Positions 50,222 through 61,436 of a DNA stretch of 64,000 nt are shown piece after piece. Where the stretch lies: NCBI GenBank assembly GCA_038087875.1, contig CM075995.1, positions 7,628,001 through 7,692,000 of the forward strand, given 5' to 3'. Numbering within the stretch: position 1 is the stretch's first letter; each line of letters begins with the position of its first letter. The translations under genes and the position numbers were made by a program. This DNA comes from Malacoraja senta. Taxonomy: Eukaryota. The notes under the pieces are model-generated. The model did not search any database. It saw nothing but the letters and a program-made list of their open reading frames with translations, and had not been told where the DNA came from.

Positions 50222-50408
50222 TAAGGCAGGAAGTCTGATTGCACCTACACAGTCTTGATTCACTCCTTGTGTCTAACTATTCTTGAACTTTAAACTCGAA
50301 CAGCAACAAAGCAAGCGGGAGGACAACTTTTATGGAAGAAAACGTCCAAACGAGTTCACTGAAGATGCAGCTCGGAAAACAGAATTGAAAGTAAACGGAA
50401 GCACTTAC

Positions 50409-50562
50409 TTGTCTTTGCTACAACTGTTTGATTGCTGGGATCTTGTAGCATTTATACTGTTCAATTCTGGCGTACTTAAACACGAGACTGGATGCTTATT
50501 GTGACTACTGGATTGATGGCCTTTATTGGATATTATACCGTTGCTACAATTATTTTCATAAC
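50409..50562 (-). CDS. RANBP9: RANBP9 coding exon (most 5' one found in the window)
   Basis: (G)YENNCSNGIISNKGHQSSSHNKHPVSCLSTPELNSINATRSQQSNSCSKD(N); 154 nt; GACAG acceptor, AA|GTAAGT donor; resembles recalled human CSNGVISNKAHQS...PELNSIN. Confidence 0.9.
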
Positions 50563-50704
50563 CTGTCAAAAGATAGAAGACATCACACTCGTTACTCTTT
50601 CCCCAATCATTATTCCATTAATATATTAGGTCGATGGCACAAAGTACTGGAGACAGAATTAAACTAAACATTATAACTAAATGTTATTCCCTTTATCATG
50701 TACC

Positions 50705-51500
50705 ACCAGGTGTCAACCTCGCCAACAGCCTGCCTTAGTCTGTTGTATTTGCATATTTTAGTGTATCTTTAGTTTTTGTATTATGTGGGGGGGGGGGGGG
50801 GGGGTTGGGGGAAATTGTTTTGATTCCATCCCTCGACAGTGATGCGACTTTTTCCGTATCGTATCCCCGTCCGCACTGCGGCCTTAACGTCGTGGAGATG
50901 GCGGTCCCTTTGTTAGGGATCGACTGCGGGAGCTCCAACCGCGGGAGCTTCGATCGCCCCGATCGCGGGGGCTTCGACTGCCCAGAACACGGGAGCCTCG
51001 ATCGCCGACTGCGAGCGCTTCGATCGCCCCGACTGCGGATGTTTCGACTGCCCCGACAAGTTATTCGCCTTCTATCACAGTGGGGAATGTGATGTCGCCA
51101 AAAAACAAGATGGATGCTGCCTGCGCTGGTGGGAACGCGGACGGAGTGCCGTGAGTGCGGTGGTCTCCGTGTTTGTAGGGACATGGGCTCCATGGGGACA
51201 TCCCGGAGTCTTTGTGACTGTTCGGGCGGACAGGGACTGCAGAGAGATTGACAGCGGTCGGTACAACTCTGGTCACATCACGGTGAAGGAGCGTGTGTGC
51301 GTGTGGCCCGGACGTTGAACTGACGGCTGTGGGTCTCTGCTTATGCTGTGTGCCCTGGGGATTCTCACACGCCACTGTGGTGGCTGTTTGTGTTTAATCT
51401 TTATGTCGTTTTTTATTTTGTTACTATTTTGGTATGACTGTATGGCAAATCAAATGTTACTGTACCTTGGTACACATGACAATAAAGGACAATTGAACCA
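50705..51500 (+). mobile_element. GC-rich retroposon with internal ~24-bp tandem repeat
   Basis: About 5 copies of GCGGGAGCTTCGATCGCCCCGACT at 50940-51057; tail TGTACCTTGGTACACATGACAATAAA. Confidence 0.5.
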
Positions 51501-54500
51501 AGTATCTGTACACTTTGTTATTAGAATGATGAAAGGCCTGGATAGAGTGGATGTGGAGAGAATGTTTCCACTAGTGGGAGAGTCTAGGACCAGAGGGCAC
51601 AGCCTCAGAATTAAAGGACATTCTTTTAGGAAGGAGATGAGGAGACATTTCTTTAGCCAGAGGGTGGTGAATCTGTGGAATTCTTTACCACAGAAGGCTG
51701 AGGAGGCCAGGTCAGTAGATATCTTTAAGGCAGAGATAGATAGATTCTTGATTAGTACGGGTGTCAGGGGTTATGGGGAGAAGGCAGGAGAATGGGGTTT
51801 GGAGGGAGATAGATCAGCCATGATTGAATGACGGATGGGCCGAATGGCCTAATTCTACTCCTATTCCTTAGGATTATTTCAGCATCTTAGACACAATTTG
51901 CAATTGAAGAAGAGGAATATACTGAAAGGGATTACTGCATGATTGAAAACTGCGATCCCATTGGGAGCATTCCCACTACAAGGCCACCAGCATCATCAAG
52001 GACGAGTCTTAGTCTCTTCAACTCAACCACCATCTACACCTCACGCTGCCTCGGCAAGGCCAGCAGCATAATCAAAGATCAGTTGCACCCCGGCCACTCC
52101 CTCTTCTCCCCTCTCCCATCGGGCAAAAGGTACGGAAGTGCAAAAGCGCACACACCTCCAGATTCAAGGACAGTTTCTTCCCAACTGTTATCAGGCAACT
52201 GAACCATCCTCTCACCAACTCGAGAGCGGTCCTGAGCCCATCAAGACTACTCCGCCATTCAATCATGGCTCATCTTTCTTTCCCTCTCCACCCCATTCTC
52301 CTGCCTTCTCCCCATAACCCCTGACACCCGCACTAATCAAGAATCTGTCAATCTCCGCCCCAAAAATACCCAATGATTCGGCCTCCACAGTCGTCTAAAA
52401 GTACATCCTTTTATACTGAGACAATAGACAATAGGTGCAGGAGTAGGCCATTCAGTACCACCATTCAATGTGATCATGGCTGATCATCCACAATCAGTAC
52501 CCCGTTCCTGCCTTCTCCCCATATCCCATGACTCCGCTATCTTTAAGAGCCCTATCTAGCTCTCTCTTGAAAGCATCCAGTGAACCGGCCTCCACCACCC
52601 TCTGAGGCAGAGAATTCCACAGACTCACAACTCTGTGTGTGGAAAAAGTGTTTCCTCATCTCCATTCTAAATGGCTTACCCCTTATTCTTAAAAAATAGA
52701 CCAGAGGAAACAGAGGCTGTTCCCTCTGGCCCTAGACACTCCCACTGGTGGAAACATCCTCTCCACATCGACTCTATCCAGGCCTTTCACTATTCGGTAA
52801 GTTAAAAACAGCAAGGTTCCACGAGGAGAACGAACAAGTGACCAGATAATCTCCATCATGGAGTTGTCTTTGGAGGTTTGGCCAGGATACTACTGCTCTT
52901 TGGACGAGGCCATCATCAGGACAAGAGCTGGAAAGGGTGCAGAGTTGATTTGCAAGAATGTTGCCAAGACTCGAGGTGATTGAGCTACAATGAGAGGTTG
53001 GGCTGGTCAAGACATTATTCCTTGGAGCGCAGGAGGCCGAGGGATGATATATATAACATCATGAGGGCAATAGATCGGGTAGATGCAGTTTCTATCTTCA
53101 AGCAGCCCTTGCTTTCTCTCTCGCCATTCCCTCCCAGTTCTCCGACCAGACTTACTGTCTCCAACTATTTTATCTCTGTACCGCCCACTCCCCTGAAATC
53201 AGTCTGAAGGGTCTCGACCCGAAACGTCACCCATTCCTTCTAAACAGAGATGCTCCGCTGAGTTACTCCAGCATTTTGTGTCCATCCAGAGTAGATGCAC
53301 AAAGTATTTTATCCAGCGTGGGGGAATGAAGAACCAGAGGACATTAGGTTTACGGTGAGGAGGGGGGGAAGATTTAATAGGAACCCGAGGGGCAACTTTT
53401 CCCCACAGAGGGTGGTGGCTGTATGGAACAAAGTGATACTTGCCAGAAGAGGTATTTGAGGCAGGTATTATAACAACATTTAAAAGACATCTGGACAGGA
53501 AAGGTTTAGAGGGATATCGGGCCAAATGTTAGCAGCTGGGACTCGTGTAGATGGGGCATCTTGGGCAGTACGGGCAAGTTGGGACGAAGGGCCTGTCTCT
53601 GTGCTGTATGACTGTATAGTCGTGCACTTTTTTCCCTTCTACCACACTGAGCCTAGTTTCAAACACTTTGCACCCTCTCTACTGCAATGTACGCACAAAA
53701 ATACCGATTATTCTATTACTCGGAACAAAACATTTGACTTGCACAAGGGGAAAGGTCCCACACAAGAGATTAGTGTGCAAAATTAGAGCACATGGTATTG
53801 GGGTAGGGTATTTTGGTCGCCTAATTTGAGGAAGGACATTCTTGCTATTGAGGGAGTGCAGCGTAGGTTCACCAGGTTAATTGTTGGGATGGCGGAACTG
53901 ACATATGATGAAATAATGGGTCGACTGGACTTATATTTGCTGGAATTTAGAAGGATGAGAGGGAATCATAGAAATAAATAAAATTCTTAAAGGATTGGAC
54001 AGGCTAGATGCAGGAAAAATGTTCCCGATGTTGGGGGAGTCCAGAACCAGGAGTCACAGTTTAAGAATAAGTGGTAGGGCATTTAGGACTGAGATGAGGA
54101 AAAATCTTTTCACCCAGAGAGTTGTGAATCTGTGGAATTCTCTGCCACTGAAGGCAGTGGAGGCCGATTCGCTGGATGTTTTCAAGAGAATTAGATTTAG
54201 CTCTTAAGGCTAAAGGAATCAAGGGATATGGGGAAAAAGGGGGCACTGATTTTGGATGATCAGCCTGATCATAGTGAAAGGCAGTGCTGGCTCCAAGGGT
54301 CGAATGACCTATTCCTGCACCGATTTTCTATGTTTCTATGAAATAAAATTATTTGAAAGGCAGAGGAATCTTGCCTCTGGTTGTTGAGATGTTGAAGAAT
54401 CACCTTTACTACTCCTTGGAGGGAAGGAGTTTTATTTCCCACAGGAATGGTAGCAAACTACAAATGTACAAGGATATTTCAGTAACTAAAAAGGTGACAA

Positions 54501-55385
54501 GGTTGACACAACCTATACTATTGTTCCACTTTTGACTGGAGCTGAATACACTCAGTAATACGCAATCAGATTCCATCGTATTAATTCCATGCATTAATCT
54601 TAACTGTGAGCGGTGAGGTTGCCAAAATACCTCAGGAACATTGTCTGGGCAGAACCAGACTTGGTGATCCTTCCAGAGATTCAGTTCACAAACCATAGTC
54701 AGAATTGTAAAATATTTAATTATGATGACAGAGTCATAAGAGTCTTATAGTGTGGGAACTGTCCCTTCGGCCCAACCACACCACACTCCCCATCTACCCT
54801 GGTCCCCACCTGCCTGCTTTTGGCCCATATCCCTATAAATTTGTTCCATCCATGTACCTGTCTAAATGTTTCTTAAATCTCATGATAGTCCCTGCCTCAA
54901 CTACATCCTCTGAGGGATAAGGGCCAAATGCAGGCAGGTGGGACAACTGTAGAGGGAGCATGTGGGCAAGTGTGGCTGTGGTAGTTCTGCTCTGTGATAG
55001 ACCACATCTGGACTATTGTTTACAGTTTTGGTCTCCTAATTTGAGGAAGGACATAGAAACATAGAAACATAGAAAGTAGGTGCGAGAGTAGACCACCAGG
55101 CCCATCGAGCCCGCACCGCCATTCGCTCATGGCTGAACACTAAACAGACACCCTTACCCACAAACAGTAGACACAAGACACAGAACACAAGACACTACCC
55201 TCCCCTTTATATCGCTATCACCCCTCTCCACCCCAAGAACCGCGTGATCTCCTGGGGGAGGCAAAAAACGGATAAAAACCCATGTCCAATTCGGGAAAAA
55301 AATCCGGGAAATTCCTCTCCGACCCCAATCCAGGCGATCGACACTTGTCCAGGAGATCACTCAGGTCTTACTATACTAACCATAC

Positions 55386-58280
55386 CTAGGTCCATATCCC
55401 TGCCCTCTCCCCGTAGCCCCTTATCCCCTTGGCAGCTAAAAAACCATCTATTTTAGACTTAAATATATTTAATGTTTCTGCTTCCACTGCTCCCTGGGGC
55501 AGTGAATTCCATAAATTAACCACCCTCTGGGTGAAGAAGTTCTTCCTCATCTCAGTTTTAAAAGAGCCCCCTCTTATTCTACAACTATGTCCCCTAGTTC
55601 TAGTTTCCCCGATCATTGGGAACATCCTCGGTGCATCCACCCGATCAAGGCCCCTCACGATCTTATATGTTTCAATGAGATCGCCTCTCATTCTTCTAAA
55701 CTCCAAAGAGTAGAGTTCCAGCCTACTTAACCTTTCCTCATATGTCAATCCCCTCATTGCAGGAATTAATCTTGTAAACCTTCGCTGCACTGCCTCCAGG
55801 GCCAGTACATCCTTTCTTAAGTATGGACCCCAGAACTGTACACAGTATTCCAAATGTGGTCTCACTAATACTGTGTACAGCTGCAGCAAGACCTCCGTGT
55901 TTTTATACTCAATCCCCCTAGCAATAAAGGCCAAAACTCCATTGGCCTTCCTGATTGCTTGCTGCACCTGCATACTAACTTTTAGTGATTCATGTACTAC
56001 TACCCCTAGATCCCTTTGCGTTGCATTACAACGCAGCTCCACCTCATTTAGAAAATAACTTGCCCTATCATTTTTTTTCCCAAAGTGAATGACTTCACAT
56101 TTATTAGTATTAAATTTCATCTGCCAAGTTGTTGCCCACTCACCTAGCTTATCTATATCCTTTTGCAGACTCTTCCTATCCTCCTCATCCCCTACTTTTC
56201 CTCCCATTTTTGTATCGTCCGCAAATTTTGATATATTACACTTGGTTCCCTCCTCCAAATCATTTATATAAATTGTGAACAACTGGGGTCCCAGCACCGA
56301 CCCTTGCGGAACCCCGCTAGTTACCGGTTGCCATCCCGAGTATGAACCATTTATCCCCACTCTCTGCTTCCTATTTGTTAGCCAATCCTCTACCCATGCT
56401 AATATATTACCCCCAATCCCATAATTTTTTATTTTTAGCAATAGTCTCTTATGTGGCACCTTGTCAAAAGCCTTTTGGAAGTCCAAGTATACCACATCCA
56501 CCGGTTCCCCTTTATCCACCCGGGTTGTTACTTCCTCAAAGAATTCGAGCAGATTCGTTAAACAGGACTTCCCCTTCACAAAACCATGCTGGTTCTGTCC
56601 GATGAAGTCATGTTTATCCAAGTGCCCCGTTAGTGTTTCTTTAATAATTGTCTCTAACATTTTACCCACCACCGATGTTAGACTAACCGGTCTATAGTTA
56701 CCCGCCTTCTGTTTACTTCCTTTTTTAAATATAGGTGTTACATTGGCCATTTTCCAATCCACTGGGACCGTTCCTGCCTCCAGGGAGTTTTGGAAAATTA
56801 TCACCAATGCATCCACAATCCCCACCGCTATCTCCCTCAAGACCCTTGGATGTAATCCATCAGGCCCAGGGGATTTATCCTCCTTCAGTCTCATTAATTT
56901 CCCTAATACCACCTCCTTGGTGATCTTAATAATATTTAGCTCCTCCATTCCTACCGCCCCCTGTTTATCCAGCGTTGGAATATTTTTTGTGTCTTCTATG
57001 GTGAAGACTGATACAAAATACTCGTTTAATGCCTTTGCCATTTCCATGTTCCCCACCAACAACTCTCCAGTCTCACCCTCCAATGGACCAACGTTCACCT
57101 TAGCCACCCTTTTTCTTTTTATATAGCTATAAAAACTCTTACTATTAGTTTTTATGTTGTTCGCTAAATTCCTTTCATAGTCTATTTTCCCCGTCTTAAT
57201 TAATCTCTTAGTTATTTTTTGCTGACCTTTAAATGCTTCCCAATCCTCTACCCTCCCACTATCTCTAGCTACCTTATATGCCCTTGCCTTCAGCCGAATA
57301 CTATCCTTTATAGTTTTACTGAGCCATGGCTGACTGTTCTTTCCCTTACCCCTTTTTTTCTTCATAGGAATAAATTTTTCTTGAAGGTTATACAGTAGAT
57401 CCTTAAACGTACACCACTGCTCATGTACCGTCTTATTCTTGAGTCTGCTATCCCAGTCAACTTTGATCAGCTCAGTCCTCATACCTTCATAATCCCCCTT
57501 ATTTAGACTAAGTACCCTAGCCTGAGTTTCAACCTGCTCCCCTTCTATTTGAATATGGAATTCGACCATATTGTGGTCACTTGTTCCCAACGAGTCCCTA
57601 ACTATGACATTTTTAATTAATCCTGCTTCATTACACAGGACCAGATCCAAGATTGCCTCCCTCCTTGTCGGTTCTGTGACATACTGTTCTAGGAACCCGT
57701 CTCTAATACATTCTATAAACTCTTCCTCTAGTTTACCCTGCCCAGTTTGGTTTGCCCAATTAATATGAAAATTGAAGTCCCCCATGATTTCAGCAGTTCC
57801 CTTTTTACATGCGTCAACTATTTGCAGATTTATGTTCTGACTAACAGCGTCACAGCTATTTGGAGGTCTATAAATTACACCCACTAGTGTTTTTTTCCCC
57901 TTGTTATTCTCTATCTGTACCCAAGCTGTTTCACTATCCTGATCCTTCAATGCAATATCCTTCCTCTCTATTGCCGTTATTCCCTCCCTTATTAAAAGGG
58001 CCACCCCTCCTCCCTTTCTTTCCTGTCTATCTTTTCTAATTGTCGAGTACCCCTCTATATTTAACTCCCAATCCTGATCCCCTTGCAGCCATGTCTCCGT
58101 AATGGCCACGATATCATAACTATATGTACTTAATTGCACCGTTAATTCATTTATCTTATTTCGAATACTCCGTGCATTTAGATACAGCACTTTCAGATGA
58201 TTTTTACTACCCTTCCTTTCTGTTTTTGCCCCGTTTACATCTAGAGCTTTATCTTCACACATTCTGGATCCTCCTGTCAC
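55386..58280 (-). CDS. CR1 ORF2: APE endonuclease + reverse transcriptase
   Basis: YLNARS, ITETW, MGDFN, SDHN endonuclease motifs; [27 protein letters not shown] motifs; no stops over 964 codons; first ATG at 58262, frame open from 58394. Confidence 0.97.
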   Translation of the reverse strand: MTGGSRMCEDKALDVNGAKTERKGSKNHLKVLYLNARSIRNKINELTVQLSTYSYDIVAITETWLQGDQDWELNIEGYSTIRKDRQERKGGGVALLIREGITAIERKDIALKDQDSETAWVQIENNKGKKTLVGVIYRPPNSCDAVSQNINLQIVDACKKGTAEIMGDFNFHINWANQTGQGKLEEEFIECIRDGFLEQYVTEPTRREAILDLVLCNEAGLIKNVIVRDSLGTSDHNMVEFHIQIEGEQVETQARVLSLNKGDYEGMRTELIKVDWDSRLKNKTVHEQWCTFKDLLYNLQEKFIPMKKKRGKGKNSQPWLSKTIKDSIRLKARAYKVARDSGRVEDWEAFKGQQKITKRLIKTGKIDYERNLANNIKTNSKSFYSYIKRKRVAKVNVGPLEGETGELLVGNMEMAKALNEYFVSVFTIEDTKNIPTLDKQGAVGMEELNIIKITKEVVLGKLMRLKEDKSPGPDGLHPRVLREIAVGIVDALVIIFQNSLEAGTVPVDWKMANVTPIFKKGSKQKAGNYRPVSLTSVVGKMLETIIKETLTGHLDKHDFIGQNQHGFVKGKSCLTNLLEFFEEVTTRVDKGEPVDVVYLDFQKAFDKVPHKRLLLKIKNYGIGGNILAWVEDWLTNRKQRVGINGSYSGWQPVTSGVPQGSVLGPQLFTIYINDLEEGTKCNISKFADDTKMGGKVGDEEDRKSLQKDIDKLGEWATTWQMKFNTNKCEVIHFGKKNDRASYFLNEVELRCNATQRDLGVVVHESLKVSMQVQQAIRKANGVLAFIARGIEYKNTEVLLQLYTVLVRPHLEYCVQFWGPYLRKDVLALEAVQRRFTRLIPAMRGLTYEERLSRLELYSLEFRRMRGDLIETYKIVRGLDRVDAPRMFPMIGETRTRGHSCRIRGGSFKTEMRKNFFTQRVVNLWNSLPQGAVEAETLNIFKSKIDGFLAAKGIRGYGERAGIWT

Positions 58281-58369
58281 ATTTTGATTTTCCGTTTCCC
58301 CACTGATACCCTGCTCTATTTCCTCTACCCCTGCCGTTATTACCCCCCTTGATACCTCCCCCCCGCTAC

Positions 58370-59323
58370 TTAGTTTAAAGACCTCTCTACTGCCCTAGTT
58401 ATATGATTTGCCAGGACCCCAGTCCCAGCACCGTTCAGGTGAAGTCCGTCCTTACAGAACAGATCCCCCCTGTCCCAGTACTGGTGCCAGTGGCCCAAGA
58501 AACCAAACCCATTTTTCCCACACCAGTCTTTGAGCCACGCATTCAGCTTTTTAATTTTTCGTACCCTCGCCGATTTGGCCCGTGGCTCAGGTAGCAATCT
58601 GGAGATCAGTACCCTCGAGGTTCTGCTTTTTAATTTATTCCCTAACTGCTCAAACTCGTTCAGCAGATCCTCCTTCCTCGTCCTTCCTATGTCATTGGTC
58701 CCCACATGGACCACGACCACTGGATCCTCCCCCTCACTCTGCAAATTTCTCTCCAGCATCGCAGAGATATCCTTAACCCTAGCACCGGGTAGGCAACACA
58801 GCCTTCGGGACATGTTCTGCTGGCCGCAGAGAACCTTATCTACCCCCCGAATAATACTATCCCCTATCACCACGGCATTTCTTCTAACTCCCCCCTCTTG
58901 AATGGCCCCCTGATCCACGGTGCTGCAGCCAGGTTGCTCATCCCTCCCACAGCCCCTGATCCCGTCCTCACATTGAGTAAGAGCCTCGGTCATGCTCGTC
59001 AGGGACAAGGGCTGTGGCTCCTGCCGCATCTCCTCCTGGTTCCCCCTACCTGCCTCACTTATGGCCACACCTTCCTTTCCCTGCTCACTAACTACTGAAT
59101 TAGTTAAACTGGTCGGTGTGACCATCCCCTGGCACAAAACATCCAGGTAATACTCCCCCTCCCTGATGCACCGCAGCGTATGAAGTTGGGTCTCCAGCTC
59201 ATCAATGCGGAGCTCGAGTTCCGCTAGCTTCAAACACTTACTGCAGCTGTAGGGATCATCTACATCAATGGTGTCGACAATTTCCCACATCTCACAGTAT
59301 TGGCACATCTCCTGGCCGCCCAT
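58370..59323 (-). CDS. CR1 ORF1: zinc finger/leucine zipper + SGNH esterase-like domain
   Basis: CQYC...CSKC, heptad LAELELRIDELETQL, GDS / PGA / GTND / DGLH blocks; 317 aa. Confidence 0.95.
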   Translation of the reverse strand: MGGQEMCQYCEMWEIVDTIDVDDPYSCSKCLKLAELELRIDELETQLHTLRCIREGEYYLDVLCQGMVTPTSLTNSVVSEQGKEGVAISEAGRGNQEEMRQEPQPLSLTSMTEALTQCEDGIRGCGRDEQPGCSTVDQGAIQEGGVRRNAVVIGDSIIRGVDKVLCGQQNMSRRLCCLPGARVKDISAMLERNLQSEGEDPVVVVHVGTNDIGRTRKEDLLNEFEQLGNKLKSRTSRVLISRLLPEPRAKSARVRKIKKLNAWLKDWCGKNGFGFLGHWHQYWDRGDLFCKDGLHLNGAGTGVLANHITRAVERSLN

Positions 59324-59752
59324 CTTATATAAGTAATTAACTGGTCCTATTAAGAATCCCCTACCCGGATTACTGTATTAAAACACCCCTTATTTATATA
59401 ATCCTACCTCCTATAAATGGGAAAGTACTTACCCCAGCCGTAAATTACCTACTGGTTTGGCTGTCTAGTGGTAATTTCGTCCGCTCTTTCTGTCTGGTCC
59501 ACTGCTCCCTTGCAGTGCGTGGCCTACCTCTTAGCCCGTTAGCCTCTCGAGCCGCGGCTCCGTCCTTCCTCCCTCGGCGACAACCCTGGGCCGCACCTGT
59601 GGCACCTGTGGCACCGCGGTCGTGACGTCCCTTCCGTTCCAACTGCCACTGATTACTCGCTACACTCTGATTACCTCGCTGCACTCTGATTGCTGCCTAA
59701 CAGCGCCTGATTACCTCGCTGCACTCCGATTGCCTCGCTGCACTCTGTTCTG

Positions 59753-60290
59753 CATCCTTGTGATTGAGGCAGTGCAGCGTAGGTTCACGAGATTGATCCC
59801 TGGGATGGCGGGACTGTCATACGAGGAAAGATTGAAAAGACTAGGCTTGTATTCACTGGAGTTTAGAAGGATGAGGGGGGATCTTATAGACACATATAAA
59901 ATCATAAAAGGACTGGACAAGCTAGATGCAGGACAAATATTCCCAATGTTGGGCGAGTCCAGAACCAGGGGCCACAGTCTTAGAATAAAGGGGAGGTCAT
60001 TTAAAACTGAGGTGAGGAAAAACTTTTTCACGCAGAGAGTTGTGAATTTGTGAAATTCCCTGCCACAGAGGACAGTGGAGGCCAATTCACTGGATGGATT
60101 TAAGAGAGAGTTAGATAGAGCTCTAGGGGCTAGTGGAGTCAAGGGATATGGGGAGAGTCAAGGGATATGGGGAGAAGGCAGACACGGGTTATTGATAGGG
60201 GACGATCAGCCATGATCACAATGAATGGCGGTGCTGGCTTGAAGGGCCGAATGGCCTCCTCCTGCACCTATTTTCTATGTTTCTATGATT
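59753..60290 (+). mobile_element. Host CR1-like fragment (continues from 55025-55054)
   Basis: Rejoined sequence matches the uninterrupted copy from 19353 onward. Confidence 0.9.
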
Positions 60291-60529
60291 CTAACCTCCA
60301 TCCCCTTTCCGTCTTTTGCGGGAGACCTTATCCTCTGCAACTCCTTGGTTCACTCATCCCATCCCACCCCTTTCCTAGGTACTTTCCCCTGCAACTGCAG
60401 GAGATGCAACTCCTGTCCCTTTACATCCTCCCTCACCTCAATCGAGGTCCTTCCAGGTGAGAGAGAGGTTCATGTGCACCTCCTCTCACCTCATCCACTG
60501 CATTTGGTGTTCCCGATGATGCACTCCCC

Positions 60530-60985
60530 TTGAAAGCATCCAGAGAACATGCCTCCACCGCCCTCTGAGGCAGAGAATTCCGCAGACTCACAGCTCTCTG
60601 TGAGAAAAAGTGTTTCCTCATCTCCGTTCTAAATGGCTTACTCCTTCTTCTTAAACCGTGGCCCCTGGTTCTGGACTCCCCCAACATCAGGAACATGTTT
60701 CCTGCCTCTAGCGTGTCCAAACCCTTAACAATCTTATATGTTTCAATGAGATTCCCTCTCATCCTTCTAAACTCCAGAGGGTACAAGCCCAGCTGCTCCA
60801 TTCTCTCAGCATATGACAGTCCCGCCATCCCGGGAATTAACCTTGTGAACCTACACTGCACTCCCTCACTAGCAAGAATGCCCTTCCTCAAATTAGGGGA
60901 CCAAAACTGCACACAATATTCCAGGTGTGGTCTCACTAGGGCTCTGTACAACTGCAGAAGGATCTCTTTGCTCCTATATTCGATT
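60530..60985 (-). mobile_element. CR1-like LINE fragment
   Basis: ORF 60433-61008 IEYRSKEILLQLYRALVRPHLEYCVQFWSP... Confidence 0.85.
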
Positions 60986-61436
60986 TCATAGCTCGACAAT
61001 TCTTTCATCTTGCATCTTCTGCCTTTTCATCACCGGATTTTGTCCAGACATCTTGCCTATCGAACCTTCCCCCCTCATCTGTGTTCGTCTATTATCTGCC
61101 ACACTTTGTGCTGCCTCTAGTCTCTCCCAGCTTCCATCTGCCTTACCCCCCCCCCCCCCAACACTATACAAATCTGAAGAAGGGTCCCAACCCAAAATGC
61201 CACCTATCCACGTTCTCCAGAGAGGCTGCCTGACCCACCAAGTTACTCCAGCACTTTGAGTCTTTTTCTGTAAACCAGCATCTGCAATTGCTCACTTCTA
61301 CAATTGTAAGATCTGGTCGGCACAGACAAGTTGGACCAACAGGCCTGGTTCTGTGCTGTATGTTGCCATGACTAACTGATTTTGGGAGCAAAAATATTTG
61401 CATTAAAAAAAAATTATCTTAAAGTCTGTGGCTTAA

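Larger units (their letters stand above)
55052..59752 (-). mobile_element. Full-length intact CR1-clade LINE (~4.7 kb), sense within a RANBP9 intron
   Basis: 5' UTR, ORF1, ORF2, 3' UTR and (TTCTATGT)3 tail; splits an older + strand CR1 fragment at GAAGGACAT^CCTTG. Confidence 0.95.

Noticed and set aside
39246..50562. RANBP10 as the alternative identity
   Set aside because: SIRT5/NOL7 synteny and the [19 protein letters not shown] and SSNGFLNGS segments fit recalled RANBP9 better.
54340..54730. Possible further RANBP9 exon in unique sequence (also 62460-62650 and 63200-63350)
   Set aside because: No frame resembling the expected upstream exon (RQFIEMVNGTDSEV...) was found; it probably lies beyond 64000.
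55429..57768. Plus-strand ORFs antisense to CR1 ORF2
   Set aside because: Short shadow ORFs with mostly non-ATG starts.
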